Below, one piece after another: positions 41,119 to 51,247 of a stretch of 52,966 nt of DNA. The stretch is from assembly GCA_031362565.1 (NCBI GenBank), contig JANLSU010000091.1, positions 1 through 52,966 of the forward strand, read 5' to 3'. The notes below the pieces were generated by a model, which saw only the letters and a list, made by a program, of their open reading frames with translations, was not told the origin of the DNA and did no database searches. Made by a program: the position numbers and the translations under genes. Position 1 is the stretch's first letter. Each line of letters opens with the position of its first letter. Source of the DNA: a bacterium (GTDB lineage: Bacteria > Krumholzibacteriota > Krumholzibacteriia > G020349025).

Positions 41119-41644
41119 ATGACGAAGTCTCAGGAAGCCCTGCCCTCGGATCGGATCCGCCAGTCGATACTGTTGATCCGCGGACAGCGGGTCATGCTCG
41201 ATGTGGACCTGGCTCTGGTTTACGGCGTGACGACGAAGCGCCTGAACGAGCAGGTCACACGCAACCAGGACAGATTCCCGGCAGATTTCATGTTCCGCCT
41301 TACCAGGCAGGAGAAAACAGAGGTGGTCGCAAATTGCGACCACCTCCAAGGCCTCAAATTCTCCAAGGCGCCGCCGCGAGCCTTCACGGAACACGGCGCC
41401 ATCATGCTGGCGGCGGTCTTGAGCAGCCCCGTCGCCATCCATGCCAGCGTGCAAATCGTGCGAGCGTTCGTGCAGCTGCGCGAGATGCTGTCCGGCCATC
41501 GGGATCTTGCCGACAAACTCGCGGTGCTGGAGCGGCGGTACGACCATCAGTTCAAGGTCGTGTTCGACGCTATCCGCGAACTGATGATCCAAGGAGCATG
41601 CTCCGAAGAAGGAGATCGGCTTCAAGGCGTCGGGTCGCCGGTAG
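41119..41644 (+). pseudogene. ORF6N (KilA-N-like) DNA-binding protein with a frameshift near the C-terminus
   Basis: IRGQRVMLD.DLA.VYGVTTKRLNEQV.RN.DRFP.DFMF.LT, P.AFTEHGAIM; the family-typical tail PKKEIGF lies in another frame after ~41587 and ends at TAG 41642-41644. Confidence 0.8.
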
Positions 41645-41694
41645 GTGGTGAGCGGTTGGGAATCGCGCCAGGCGCAAAAAGGCAAGTGCGCAGG

Positions 41695-41797
41695 GGTTCG
41701 AAGCGTACAAAACGGCCCCACAGCCAAGTGGCTGCAGGGCCGTCGCTTACGAAACTGGCTTCCCTGCCCTGTACGATTTGCGAACCGTTCGGTTCGA
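41695..41797. repeat. cassette-boundary repeat copy C
   Basis: GGTTCGAAGCGTACA...ACGGCCCCACAGCCA-ag-TGGCTGCAGGGCCGT...AACTGGCTTCCCTGCCCTGTACGATTTGCGAACCGTTCGGTTCGA. Confidence 0.9.
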
Positions 41798-41995
41798 GGT
41801 GCGTCGCGCCGCACGAAACCCATGAGCGGGTTCCGCTCGCGTGGCCGACGGGGGTACTGGCCCCAAGGCTTGGTTTTCGCTTCGATGCCCGTCTGGACCG
41901 GAGAGGCTGCCTTCCCTTGAAGAATAAATGGGGTATGCAGTGGTCCAAAATACCCCTATCCTTGTTCTCTGTACCCCGTTTCCGGGAGCGCTTTG

Positions 41996-43069
41996 ATGCA
42001 CTCTCTAGATCGTAAGTTCCTATCAAAACTGACCTTTACGCCAGAAGAGGCAGCCACGCTTCGGCAGCTCGGAGAATGCCGCGGGCGACAGGACCTCTTC
42101 AGGAAACAGCGCCCTGAGGTCCTTGAGGGTCTTCGAACGGTTGCCGTTGTTGAGTCGAGCGAATCGTCCAATCGCCTCGAAGGAATCTCTATTCCTCACC
42201 ACCGCTTGGAAAAAATCGTCCTGCATCAGACAGCGCCTCGCAACCGGTCCGAGCAGGAAATCGCCGGCTACCGCGACGCACTAAATCTCATCCATGAATC
42301 GGCCGATGACATGCCCTTCACGGTCGGCGTTGTCCAGCAACTGCATCAGCAGGTTTTTCGTTATCTACCCGGCAGCGCCGGCCAATGGAAGATGAGCGAC
42401 AACGAAATCGTCGAGCGCGACCCGGATGGGTCCGTGCGCGTGCGCTTTCGACCGGTGCCCGCGGTCGCAACCCCGCACCTCATGCGCGAGTTTGTCGAGC
42501 ACTTTGCCAAGGATCAGCAAGACCGAACCATCGACTCGCTTGTCCTCGTACCTTTGGCGATCCTGGACTTCCTCTGTATCCACCCGTTCACAGACGGCAA
42601 CGGCCGTGTCGCGCGGCTGATCACGCTGCTCTTGCTCTATCGCTCCGGCTACGAGGTGGGACGTTACATCAGTTTGGAGCGTATCTTCGAAGAATCCAAG
42701 GAATCGTACTACGAGACCCTGGAGTCGAGCTCTCAGGGATGGCACGAGGGTGCACACGACGCGCACCCGTGGCTCGACTACTTCTGGGGCGTGTTGCTTC
42801 GCGCTCATCGTGAGTTCGAAGATCGCGTCGGACACGTCACAACCGGGCGGGGCGCCAAAACGGCGCAAGTGCGCCGAGCGGTGCGCGCCAAGAATCTCCC
42901 GTTTTCGATATCCGAACTCGAGCGAGATTGCCCGGGTGTCAGTCGCGAACTGATTCGGCGCGTCCTCCGTGAAATGCGAGACGCGGGGGAGATTGAAACC
43001 CAAGGCGCGGGTCGTGGCGCCCGCTGGCGACCTCTTGTTGGTAAGCATCCGGCCTCCCCGCTCGGGTAA
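41996..43069 (+). CDS. Fic family protein with C-terminal winged-HTH-like domain
   Basis: HPFTDGNGRVAR Fic motif; N-terminal SNRLEG inhibitory-type motif; C-terminus FSISELERDCPGVS...G.GRGARW. Confidence 0.92.
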   Translation: MHSLDRKFLSKLTFTPEEAATLRQLGECRGRQDLFRKQRPEVLEGLRTVAVVESSESSNRLEGISIPHHRLEKIVLHQTAPRNRSEQEIAGYRDALNLIHESADDMPFTVGVVQQLHQQVFRYLPGSAGQWKMSDNEIVERDPDGSVRVRFRPVPAVATPHLMREFVEHFAKDQQDRTIDSLVLVPLAILDFLCIHPFTDGNGRVARLITLLLLYRSGYEVGRYISLERIFEESKESYYETLESSSQGWHEGAHDAHPWLDYFWGVLLRAHREFEDRVGHVTTGRGAKTAQVRRAVRAKNLPFSISELERDCPGVSRELIRRVLREMRDAGEIETQGAGRGARWRPLVGKHPASPLG

Positions 43070-43135
43070 ATCTGTGCGAACCGGCTCCCGCGCCGGTATG
43101 GCACGCGCCTGATCGAGGCGTCCGAGGAGAGCGCC

Positions 43136-43224
43136 GGTTCGAATCATGAAAAAAGCCCCGCAGCCAACTGACTGCAGGGCTTTCACTTAGAAACTGGCTC
43201 CCCGTGGCCGACGCTATTCGAACT
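43136..43224. repeat. cassette-boundary repeat copy D (variant right arm)
   Basis: GGTTCGAATC...AAAGCCCCGCAGCCA-ac-TGACTGCAGGGCTTT...AACTGGCTCCCCGTGGCCGACGCTATTCGAACT. Confidence 0.88.
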
Positions 43225-43345
43225 ATAGTGGCAGACGCAGACTGGTGGAACGGGCGACGGCGGGCGGTTCTGCGGGGAATCGCGTTGTTGGGATGACTGC
43301 ATGGGAACTGCTTTGGGCCCCCAGAGCGGGCGACAGCGCGCGCCA

Positions 43346-45745
43346 TCAACGTGCCAAATGCGTCCGCAGATACCGTCGGTACAGCTCGCAACTGAAATCG
43401 ATCTTGTTGTCGCCGCTCTGGAAGACCACGCCGGCCGCGAGGAGCCGGTGGAACCCGTCCGCGTCCTTGAGCTGCGGGCTCTCGAGCGAGGCCCGCAGCG
43501 CGTCCATGACCTCGGGCATCTGTGAGACCGACACGAGAATCCGCTTGAGATGGTCGCCGAACGGTCCCTCATCCTGGTCGGCCTGCGCGAGCAAAGCCGG
43601 AAAATCCATCACGCCGCGTTTGACGACGTCGAGCGCCCGCCGGGTGAGAAACGGCTGGCCCGCGATCAAGGCACGCAACGCCTGCACTTCGCCCGGCGAA
43701 ACGAGTGGCGCCCCGTACCGGCGGTTCAATTCCTCCATCTGATTCAGATCAAAACCCTGCAGCTGCAAGTGCCGCCCGACGTTGAACGGTGATTGATTCA
43801 GGTCTCGAATGAATAGATGCGCCTCGGTCGCGTAGCTGATCACGACAGTGAATAGGCTCCACGGCCCCTGCGGCTCGGTGGCCCGCGCGTTGTGCCAGGA
43901 GCGGACGAGCCCGAAGAAGTCGCTGGCGAACGGCGTGCCGAACAGCTTGTCTGCCTCGTCCATGAACCACACGAGCGGCTTGGGCGAGGCCTCGATCAGG
44001 GCGCGAATGGCGTTGTCGAGATTGATGCCCGGCCCGAAGACGTCGAGCCACTCGTTCGCGAAGTCGTACGTGGTCCCGAGTTGGCGCGCCATCGTCGCCG
44101 CGAGCAACTTGTAGAACTGATCCTCCGAGGCAAGCTGCGAAGAGCCGATCTTCTGGAAGTCCGTGCTCGCGTGGCGCAGCCCCAGCTCGCGCCCGAGCTG
44201 CGCGCCGCGCCCGAGGAGCGACGTCTTGCCGATCTGGCGTGGCCCCTTGATGAGGATGATGCTTTCGCCGGCCTTGAGCGCATCGAGGAACTCCGCGTCG
44301 ACGCGCCGCTCCATGTAGAACGGCGATCCGGGCGGCACCGCGCCGCCAACCGGTTCCAGCACCACGTCCGCCGACTTCTGCTTCAGCGGTTCGGTGAGCG
44401 CGGTGACGACTTCTTCGACCACGCGCGCGTCGTCGTTCGGTTCCTGCCAGAGGCAGTAGTTGAGCTGCTGAAGGATCGCCCCAGCGGCCCCTCCGAGTGG
44501 TTTGTCCGAGCCAATCCGCACCGGCAGGATCCGCGGCTTGCCCTTGGTGCGCGACTCGTCGCCGGCGGTCTCCAGTTCATATTCCAGCATCTCGCTGCCG
44601 GCGGCCGAATCCGACAGCAGCGGGATGACGGCATCCGCGGACCGGATGCGCTCTTCGATCGCCTTGGCCCATTCGACGCCGATCTTGAGATGCCGATCGA
44701 TGAACACGTCGTGGCCCATCGCCACGAGGCGCTCCTCCAAGAGACGCATCAGCTGCTCGTCCGGCTGCGCTTTCCGCTTGTAGAGCAGCACGATGGAGAG
44801 CGGTTTCACGGCCGCGGCAATCGGCCTCGCGGCTGCAATCGGCGCACTACCGGATGGTGCGGGGCGGTCGTGGCCGTCCAGCTGCTGTTTGAGGCTCCGC
44901 AGATCCACTTGAAAGTCCAGGACGCTCTGGTAGCGCTCGTCACGCCTCTTGCGCAACGTCTTCGCCACGATGCGTTCCAGTTCCGCGGGCAGATCGGGCC
45001 GGACGCGGACGAGGGGCGGCGGCTCGTGTTCGAGGATCGCGACGATCACGTGACTGTTTGTCTCGCCGGCAAACGGCGCCGTCCCCGCGATCATCTCGTA
45101 GAGCACGACTCCCAGACTGAAGATGTCCGAGCGCGCATCGACCGGCGCGCCGCGCGCCTGCTCGGGCGACATGTAGCCGCATGTGCCCAGCACGGTGCCG
45201 AAGTCGGTGTTGACGCCAAGCGCGGTCTCGGCTGCGGCGTCCGCGTCGGGAGCCGATGCTTCGGTCAGTTTCGCCAAACCGAAGTCCAGGACCTTGACCA
45301 GGCCGTCGGCCCGCACCATCACGTTCTCGGGCTTGATGTCCCGATGGACGATGCCGGCGTGGTGCGCTTCGACGAGCGCACTCGCGATCTGAATCCACAC
45401 GTCGAGCATCTCGCCGAGACTCATGCGCTGGCGTGCGAGGCGGGTGCGCAGTGTCTCGCCGTCGATGAACTCGGTGGCGATATAGTGCCGGTCGCCCGCC
45501 TGGCCAATCTCGTAGATCGTGAGGATCGTCGGATGGTTGAGCGCCGAGGCGGCGCGCGCTTCCTGTTGAAAACGGCGCACGCGGTCTTCGCTTTTGGTGA
45601 ATTCGTCGGACAGCAGCTTCAGCGCGACCTTGCGGCCGAGTTTCGTGTCTTCGGCGAGATACACCTCGCCCATGCCGCCGGCGCCAATCGCGGCAAGGAT
45701 GCGATAGTGAGCGATGGTCGTACCGGGCGAGAGCGACGTCTTCAT
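43346..45745 (-). CDS. Ser/Thr kinase-TIR-AAA_35 (STAND-like NTPase) fusion protein
   Basis: GAGGMGEVY, VALK, HRDIKPEN, DFG, YMSPE; TIR-like segment DVFIDRHLKIGVEW...ADAVIPLLS....SEMLEYE; GGAVP..SPFY.ER, Walker A GPRQIGKTS, FMDEAD, QSPFNVG. Confidence 0.88.
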   Translation of the reverse strand: MKTSLSPGTTIAHYRILAAIGAGGMGEVYLAEDTKLGRKVALKLLSDEFTKSEDRVRRFQQEARAASALNHPTILTIYEIGQAGDRHYIATEFIDGETLRTRLARQRMSLGEMLDVWIQIASALVEAHHAGIVHRDIKPENVMVRADGLVKVLDFGLAKLTEASAPDADAAAETALGVNTDFGTVLGTCGYMSPEQARGAPVDARSDIFSLGVVLYEMIAGTAPFAGETNSHVIVAILEHEPPPLVRVRPDLPAELERIVAKTLRKRRDERYQSVLDFQVDLRSLKQQLDGHDRPAPSGSAPIAAARPIAAAVKPLSIVLLYKRKAQPDEQLMRLLEERLVAMGHDVFIDRHLKIGVEWAKAIEERIRSADAVIPLLSDSAAGSEMLEYELETAGDESRTKGKPRILPVRIGSDKPLGGAAGAILQQLNYCLWQEPNDDARVVEEVVTALTEPLKQKSADVVLEPVGGAVPPGSPFYMERRVDAEFLDALKAGESIILIKGPRQIGKTSLLGRGAQLGRELGLRHASTDFQKIGSSQLASEDQFYKLLAATMARQLGTTYDFANEWLDVFGPGINLDNAIRALIEASPKPLVWFMDEADKLFGTPFASDFFGLVRSWHNARATEPQGPWSLFTVVISYATEAHLFIRDLNQSPFNVGRHLQLQGFDLNQMEELNRRYGAPLVSPGEVQALRALIAGQPFLTRRALDVVKRGVMDFPALLAQADQDEGPFGDHLKRILVSVSQMPEVMDALRASLESPQLKDADGFHRLLAAGVVFQSGDNKIDFSCELYRRYLRTHLAR

Positions 45746-47462
45746 TTGACTCCAGCGTTCTGCGGCGCCTTCGTCAGCGGCGCCTTCGTCAGCCACATCA
45801 TGGCATTGCCGCGCCCGTCGATGCTGACGATCGATTCGCCGTTGGCCGTGAATCGCGCCCGGGAGACCGTCTCGCGGTGGCCCACAAGCGACGTCAGTTC
45901 CCGAAACGTAGCCGCGTCCCAGACCCGGACGGTCCGGTCACCCGAGGCCGTGACAATGCGGCGGCCGTCGGGCGCGAAGGCCGCATCCCCGACAAATTGC
46001 GAGTGCCCGACCAGTTTCCCCAGCAGGCGGCCTGCGATCACGTCCCAGACCTCGGCGTTGTCGTTGGAGGTGCTCGCAACGAGCCGAGTGCCGTCCGGCG
46101 AGAACATCACATTGTTCAGGCCGCCACCGATCCGCGGGAAGGCACGCGCTGCCCATGTCGTGGTATCCCAGACCCAGAGCTCGTTGCCCCACAGACCGGC
46201 CGCCAGCCATCGGCCGTCCGGTGAGACCTTCGCAGTCCCTATATTCTGCGGTGTTTGCAACTTTTTGACGACGCGCCTCTCACCGGTATCCCAGATTTCA
46301 GACGTCTTGTCCGCGAAATACAGAATGGCGTGCCGCTTGTCGGGGAATTGCCGGAAGCCGTTGGGTACCCTTTCGTTCGCCGGAAGCGTCATGACGGATT
46401 CGTGCGTGTCGAAATCCACGACGTCTAGCCGGCCGGCGGCGCGCTTGACGATCCCCCAGCTCTCGCCGCTCTCGGGGTTGACCAACGGCACCCCGGCGAA
46501 CCAGCCGATCCGGCGTGATTCGCCACGGAGTGGATCGCGCTCGAACGCCGTGCTCCCACACCTTACGCGGGCGATGGCGTTCCCTGTGAGCACCGCCGTC
46601 GCGTCCGCCCATTCTGACCCGCCCAGCGCCGTCGGCGTTTCGACGTAGGACGCCGGATCGTAAATGCGGAGCGTGGTGTAGCTGGCGGCGACGCGTGTCT
46701 TGTCCGGTGAGATCGACAGAAGGCCGGCATCGGGAAACGTCTGTAGAAGTCTCGGTTCCGGCCCCTGAAGGTCGTAGAGACGGCCCAGACGGTCCCAACA
46801 CGAGGCGGCCAGCCACATCCCGTCTGCGGAGAACTGGAGATGGTACACCTGCAGATCGGCCACCTGGGCGCGGCTGATTTCCTTCCGTGCGCGCAGGTCC
46901 CACAACTGGACCCACCCGGTCATCGTGCTCGTCGCGAGCCGCTCGCCATCAGGTTGTAGCACTCGCGAATGCCGGCGAAAAATTCGTTGGCGCTGAACGA
47001 CAAGCTGCGCGTCGCGTCGATTTCATCGACGAAAATGACGATCTGCGAGTCGACCTTCTCGAGCGCCACGTCGCGCAAAGCGGAGAAGAAGCGCTGCATC
47101 GGGCTGAGCGCCTGTTCCTCCTGCCAGTTGCGCAGCATCTCGGCGCGCAGGCCGAGGGCGCGGCCGACTTCGACGACGAGGCCCGCGTACCACTGGTCCG
47201 GTGTGACGTTGCGGCCACCGATCTTCGTCAGATCGACAAAGGCCGTGCGCGCGCCTGCCGCCTGCAACCGCGCCATCGTGCGCACGCAGAGCGACGATTT
47301 ACCCATCTGCCGCGAGTTGAGGACGTAGCAGAACCGGCCGCCGGACAGGGCCTCGAAGAGCGCCGCGTCGGCGCCGCGCTCGACGTAGCTCGGCGAGTCG
47401 AGTGGGACAGTGCCCCCGGAGACAAAAAATCCTTCCGCACCGGCGGTGGCGGCGCCTTGCAA
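45742..47462 (-). pseudogene. AAA_35-WD40 protein with an out-of-frame internal deletion
   Basis: The 5' part (GGTVP..SPSYVER.AD, SRQMGKSS, IFVDEID, FFAGIRECYN) runs at ~46952 directly into WD40 repeats in another frame (PDGERLAT...LWD, GHSQFV..AAFAPDGRRIVTASGDRTVRVWD). Confidence 0.8.
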
Positions 47463-47801
47463 GCGGAACCCCTCTCAAAGTGCGGAAACCAAACGGTGTC
47501 TGCACGACACAGCATAGCGTGTGGCGAGGTTCGGCGACAACAGGCATGCCTCGCGTGTGTCGAGCGCCGTCGCATGGGCCCCGGCGAACCCCGCGCTTCG
47601 CTGCGATCGCTCCGTTCCGTTTCCATTGATCCGGCCGACCGGCCGGATGCGCTGAGCTGGCGCTGGGCGCCACCCCATTGCCGGGCAAGACTCGAAGCGT
47701 TCTACTACCTTCCCTGGCGGCGATCACCGCGGCGTGCGGATCGACGAATCCACACCCGCACCCCGAGCGCGATTCTCAACTGGAATGGCGGACTCGAACA
47801 C

Positions 47802-50438
47802 GTGACGATCAACGCGGGGACGATGCTCGGGCACTACCGGATCGCTTCGGCGATCGGCGCGGGCGGCATGGGCGAGGTGTACGCGGCGCGAGACACCAAG
47901 CTGAACCGAGACGTCGCGATCAAGGTACTCCCCGAAACCGTGGCCCGGGATTCGGAGCGCCTGGGGCGGTTCCGGCGCGAGGCGCAGGTGCTCGCTTCGC
48001 TCAACCATCCGAATATCGCCGCGATCTATGGACTGGAAGAGTCCGGTGACATCCACGCGCTGGTGATGGAGCTCGTCGAAGGGCCCACCCTCGCGGGTCG
48101 TATCGCTGCGGGGCCGATCCCTCTCGACGAAGCGCTGATGATCGCCAAGCAGATCGCGGACGCGCTCGAGGTCGCGCACGAGCGTGGCATCATTCACCGC
48201 GATCTCAAGCCCGCAAATGTGATGGTGACCGACGACGACAAGGTCAAAGTGCTCGACTTCGGCCTCGCCAAGGTGTTGACCGGCGAGAGCGACCTCGACG
48301 ACCTCTCGCACTCCCCCACGGTGATCGAAGCCACGCAAGCCGGAGTGCTTCTGGGCACGGCCGCCTACATGAGTCCCGAGCAAGCACGCGGCCGGGCGGT
48401 GGACAAACGCACGGACCTCTGGGCATTCGGCGTCGTGCTGATGGAAATGCTGACGGGCAGGCGCCTCTTCACCGGCGACACCGCCACCGATGTGATCGCC
48501 GCAGTGCTGACACAGCAAGTGGATTGGACGGCGCTGCCGGACGCGACACCCGCGCCAATTCGCCGCCTGCTGCGCCGGTGCCTCGAAAAGGACCACAAGC
48601 GCCGGCTGGCCCACGCGGCGGCGGCGAAGTTCGAGATCGACGATGCGCTCGCCGGTGTAGGCGATGGCCTGGCGATCGAAAGTCCAACTCGATCCGCGCC
48701 CTCCTCGCGTCGGACGGCGTTGCGTGTCGTACTGCCCGTCGTGTTGCTCACGGCGGTTGTTGCCGGCCTCTCGGGACGGGCTCTCCAGCGACGCGGACCC
48801 AGCATCGCGCCTCGCGAGCTCATGCTGACAATCGTGCCGCCCGACAGTGTTCGTCTGCGACCGGTCGGAACGATGAATTCGCCGCCGCACATTTCGCCGG
48901 ATGGGTCTGCCGTCTTGTTTCTGAACGGCACCGATCACTCTCTGTACGTGCGCCGCCTCGATTCACCCGACCTCCTGCGGGTGCCCGGTTCGGACGTGGT
49001 CCGGAACGAACCGTTCTGGCGCGGCTCGGCCGCTGTCACATTTCCCTATCTGCAGCAGCAGCTTCTCAGCGTCCGCCTTCCGGACGGTGCGCCAGAAACG
49101 GTGATGCCACTCGATGCATTCTCCCGCAGTGGCAGTTGGAGCGATGCCGGTACACTGTTGCTTTCGGCGCTCAATCACCTCGTGACGCGCCACCCGGATG
49201 GCACGACCGCAACGGTCGCGATTCCCGGCGACCGAACCGGTGACCTCGTGTATCCACAATTCCTGCCGGGAGGCGAAGATTTTCTGGCGCTGTTCAAGCC
49301 CGAGGGCAGCGACGGTGAAGCGTGGCTTGCGACGCTGAACAAGGATACGGTCACGAGGCCAACCGTTCTCTTCAAGAACGACACCGCGGCCAGCTACACG
49401 TCGTGGGATGGTGGGCGTGTGCTGTTCGTCAAGAACGATAACCTGTACTCGCAACACCTGAACAGGTCCGCTCGCGCGGTCGAGGGCTCGCCCGAGCTCG
49501 TTGTGCGAGGCGTCGCCTCGCAGCCAGGCCTGCAACGGGCCGACTTTTCAGTCGCCGAAAACGGGACGGTCGCTTGGCGCCCGGGTCGCGCCGCACTCTC
49601 CCAAGTGATGGTCTTTGATCGCCGCGGTGTGGTCGTGGGTCCCGCCGGCCCCGCGGGCCCGATCGAAACCGTCGCTGTTTCGCCCGTTGACGACTCGCGC
49701 CTGCTAGTTCTAGGGCCGGATGCATGGCTGGTCGACGTCGGCCAAAACGGCCGCGTCCTCCTCCCGGGTGACGTGGAGTGGTGGAATTGGTCACCCGACG
49801 GCGGCAAGGTGTTGGGTTTGCGCGGGGAGAACCGGCTCGTCGCGCGACCCGCCGACAGCGTGGGTGGCGTCGACTCCGCCGGCCAGTTCCCGTCAGGCTC
49901 GTGGCATCCCAAAGCCATTTCACCCGACGGGAAATTCATTCTGGCGCGCCAACTCTCGGGAGCCGCAAGCTGGGCTCGCCTTTCCGGCATCGACGCGGCA
50001 GGCTCATGGACGCCACTCGCTGGATCCGACGAGTCGCTCGCCGACCTCGGCTTTTCGCCGGATGGCCAGTTCGTTCTCTACGATGTGTATGCGTCCGGGC
50101 GCGGCATTTACGTCCAACCGTTTCCAGGTCCGGGCCGGCGCCAGCTTGTCGACCAAGATGGGATCGATCCGGTGTGGCGCGGCGATGGGAAGGAGATCCT
50201 GTTCACGCGCGGTGCGGCCGTGTGGTCGGTCGCGGTCACGCGCTCGGGCAGCTCGCTGGCGTTCGGCAGCCCGCAGCGATTGTTCGAAGGAGTGCGCCGC
50301 GCACCCAGTGGCGTCAATCAGAGCAGCGGCCTTGCCGTGTCGCACGACGGTACGCACATCTTCCTGGTGCAGGGCGTCGAGCAGCCGGAAGCGAATCTCA
50401 TTCACGTGATGATGCGAGTCGCGAAGCACCAACGATGA
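47802..50438 (+). CDS. Ser/Thr protein kinase with TM segment and TolB/PD40-like propeller
   Basis: GAGGMGEVY, VAIK, HRDLKPAN, DFG, YMSPEQ; hydrophobic segment; repeated SPDG motifs; P.WRGDGKE; start at GTG 47802. Confidence 0.9.
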   Translation: MTINAGTMLGHYRIASAIGAGGMGEVYAARDTKLNRDVAIKVLPETVARDSERLGRFRREAQVLASLNHPNIAAIYGLEESGDIHALVMELVEGPTLAGRIAAGPIPLDEALMIAKQIADALEVAHERGIIHRDLKPANVMVTDDDKVKVLDFGLAKVLTGESDLDDLSHSPTVIEATQAGVLLGTAAYMSPEQARGRAVDKRTDLWAFGVVLMEMLTGRRLFTGDTATDVIAAVLTQQVDWTALPDATPAPIRRLLRRCLEKDHKRRLAHAAAAKFEIDDALAGVGDGLAIESPTRSAPSSRRTALRVVLPVVLLTAVVAGLSGRALQRRGPSIAPRELMLTIVPPDSVRLRPVGTMNSPPHISPDGSAVLFLNGTDHSLYVRRLDSPDLLRVPGSDVVRNEPFWRGSAAVTFPYLQQQLLSVRLPDGAPETVMPLDAFSRSGSWSDAGTLLLSALNHLVTRHPDGTTATVAIPGDRTGDLVYPQFLPGGEDFLALFKPEGSDGEAWLATLNKDTVTRPTVLFKNDTAASYTSWDGGRVLFVKNDNLYSQHLNRSARAVEGSPELVVRGVASQPGLQRADFSVAENGTVAWRPGRAALSQVMVFDRRGVVVGPAGPAGPIETVAVSPVDDSRLLVLGPDAWLVDVGQNGRVLLPGDVEWWNWSPDGGKVLGLRGENRLVARPADSVGGVDSAGQFPSGSWHPKAISPDGKFILARQLSGAASWARLSGIDAAGSWTPLAGSDESLADLGFSPDGQFVLYDVYASGRGIYVQPFPGPGRRQLVDQDGIDPVWRGDGKEILFTRGAAVWSVAVTRSGSSLAFGSPQRLFEGVRRAPSGVNQSSGLAVSHDGTHIFLVQGVEQPEANLIHVMMRVAKHQR

Positions 50439-50888
50439 TCACCGCCGGGCATCGGATGCCGGATCGGGAGCGTCACAGAGCCCTCGTCACTGACTAGCGT
50501 TGCCGTCGTACCAAATGGAAGCGCGCGCTACGCGGGATCGGCATCGTCGCGGCACATCTCGACGCGGGCGCACAACGGTTCGAGGAGCGCGTTGCAAAAC
50601 TTCCTCCCGCTGTGCTCGATTCTCTTGATGCAGGCATCACCGATCTGCTGCGCAAGCGGGATCGTGGGCGCGGACACACCGGCGCCGATGACAAAGAAGA
50701 AGGGTGACTCGGACCCATGCGGCGTTCATTGTCTCGGCGAGGGCTTCATCCAGTGATAGCAAGTTCGTTGGCATGGTGACCGGCCCCAGCTCAGTTCAAC
50801 GGCCTCGGACTCAGCCGGCGCAGGGAATAGAACGACGCGAACCTCCACGGATCTTTGCGCGGTGAGATCTTACAGCGGTAAGCACGAT

Positions 50889-50974
50889 GCAGAAAAGGCC
50901 GCCGGAGTTGCCTCCAACGGCCTTTCCGCGAACTGGCTCCCCGGTCTGTACGATTTGCGAACCATTCGCTTCGA
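50889..50974. repeat. cassette-boundary repeat copy E
   Basis: AAAGGCCGCCGGAG-ttgc-CTCCAACGGCCTTT...AACTGGCTCCCCGGTCTGTACGATTTGCGAACCATTCGCTTCGAG. Confidence 0.9.
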
Positions 50975-51247
50975 GCTACCACGACTCGGACCGCGTCGCG
51001 ACCGCCCTACCGGCCTGGGTGAAACGACCCAGATGACCTGCGATGGCTCGCGTCGCTTGCCTCGCGCCAGCCCGAGGCGGTGGTGACTTCGGTCGACCAG
51101 AACCGGCCGATCTCTGCTTTTTTTCTTCGTACCCATGGTTTGTTGAGTGCCAATTGCCGATACTTGCGCCCGCATGATCTACGTGCGCTGATGGGAAGTC
51201 GTGCCTGCGTCCCGCGAAGAACTCGTGGGCTTGAGAAGGAACACCTC

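Noticed and set aside
41041..42015. 324-aa ORF6N ORF as listed
   Set aside because: It runs through repeat C into the Fic gene; explained by a frameshift near 41587.
43076..43090. GCGAACCGGCTCCCG, plus TTGCGAACC at 39371, as extra repeat copies
   Set aside because: Short partial matches without the hairpin or the other arm; cannot be separated from chance.
45765..45794. 15-bp tandem duplication (LTKAP LTKAP) at the end of the WD40 frame
   Set aside because: Two copies only, in frame, in a terminal tail; ordinary slippage.
46887..47801. 305-aa N-terminal extension of the 1183-aa kinase ORF
   Set aside because: It is antisense to the AAA_35 fragment and intergenic DNA; kinase homology begins at GTG 47802.
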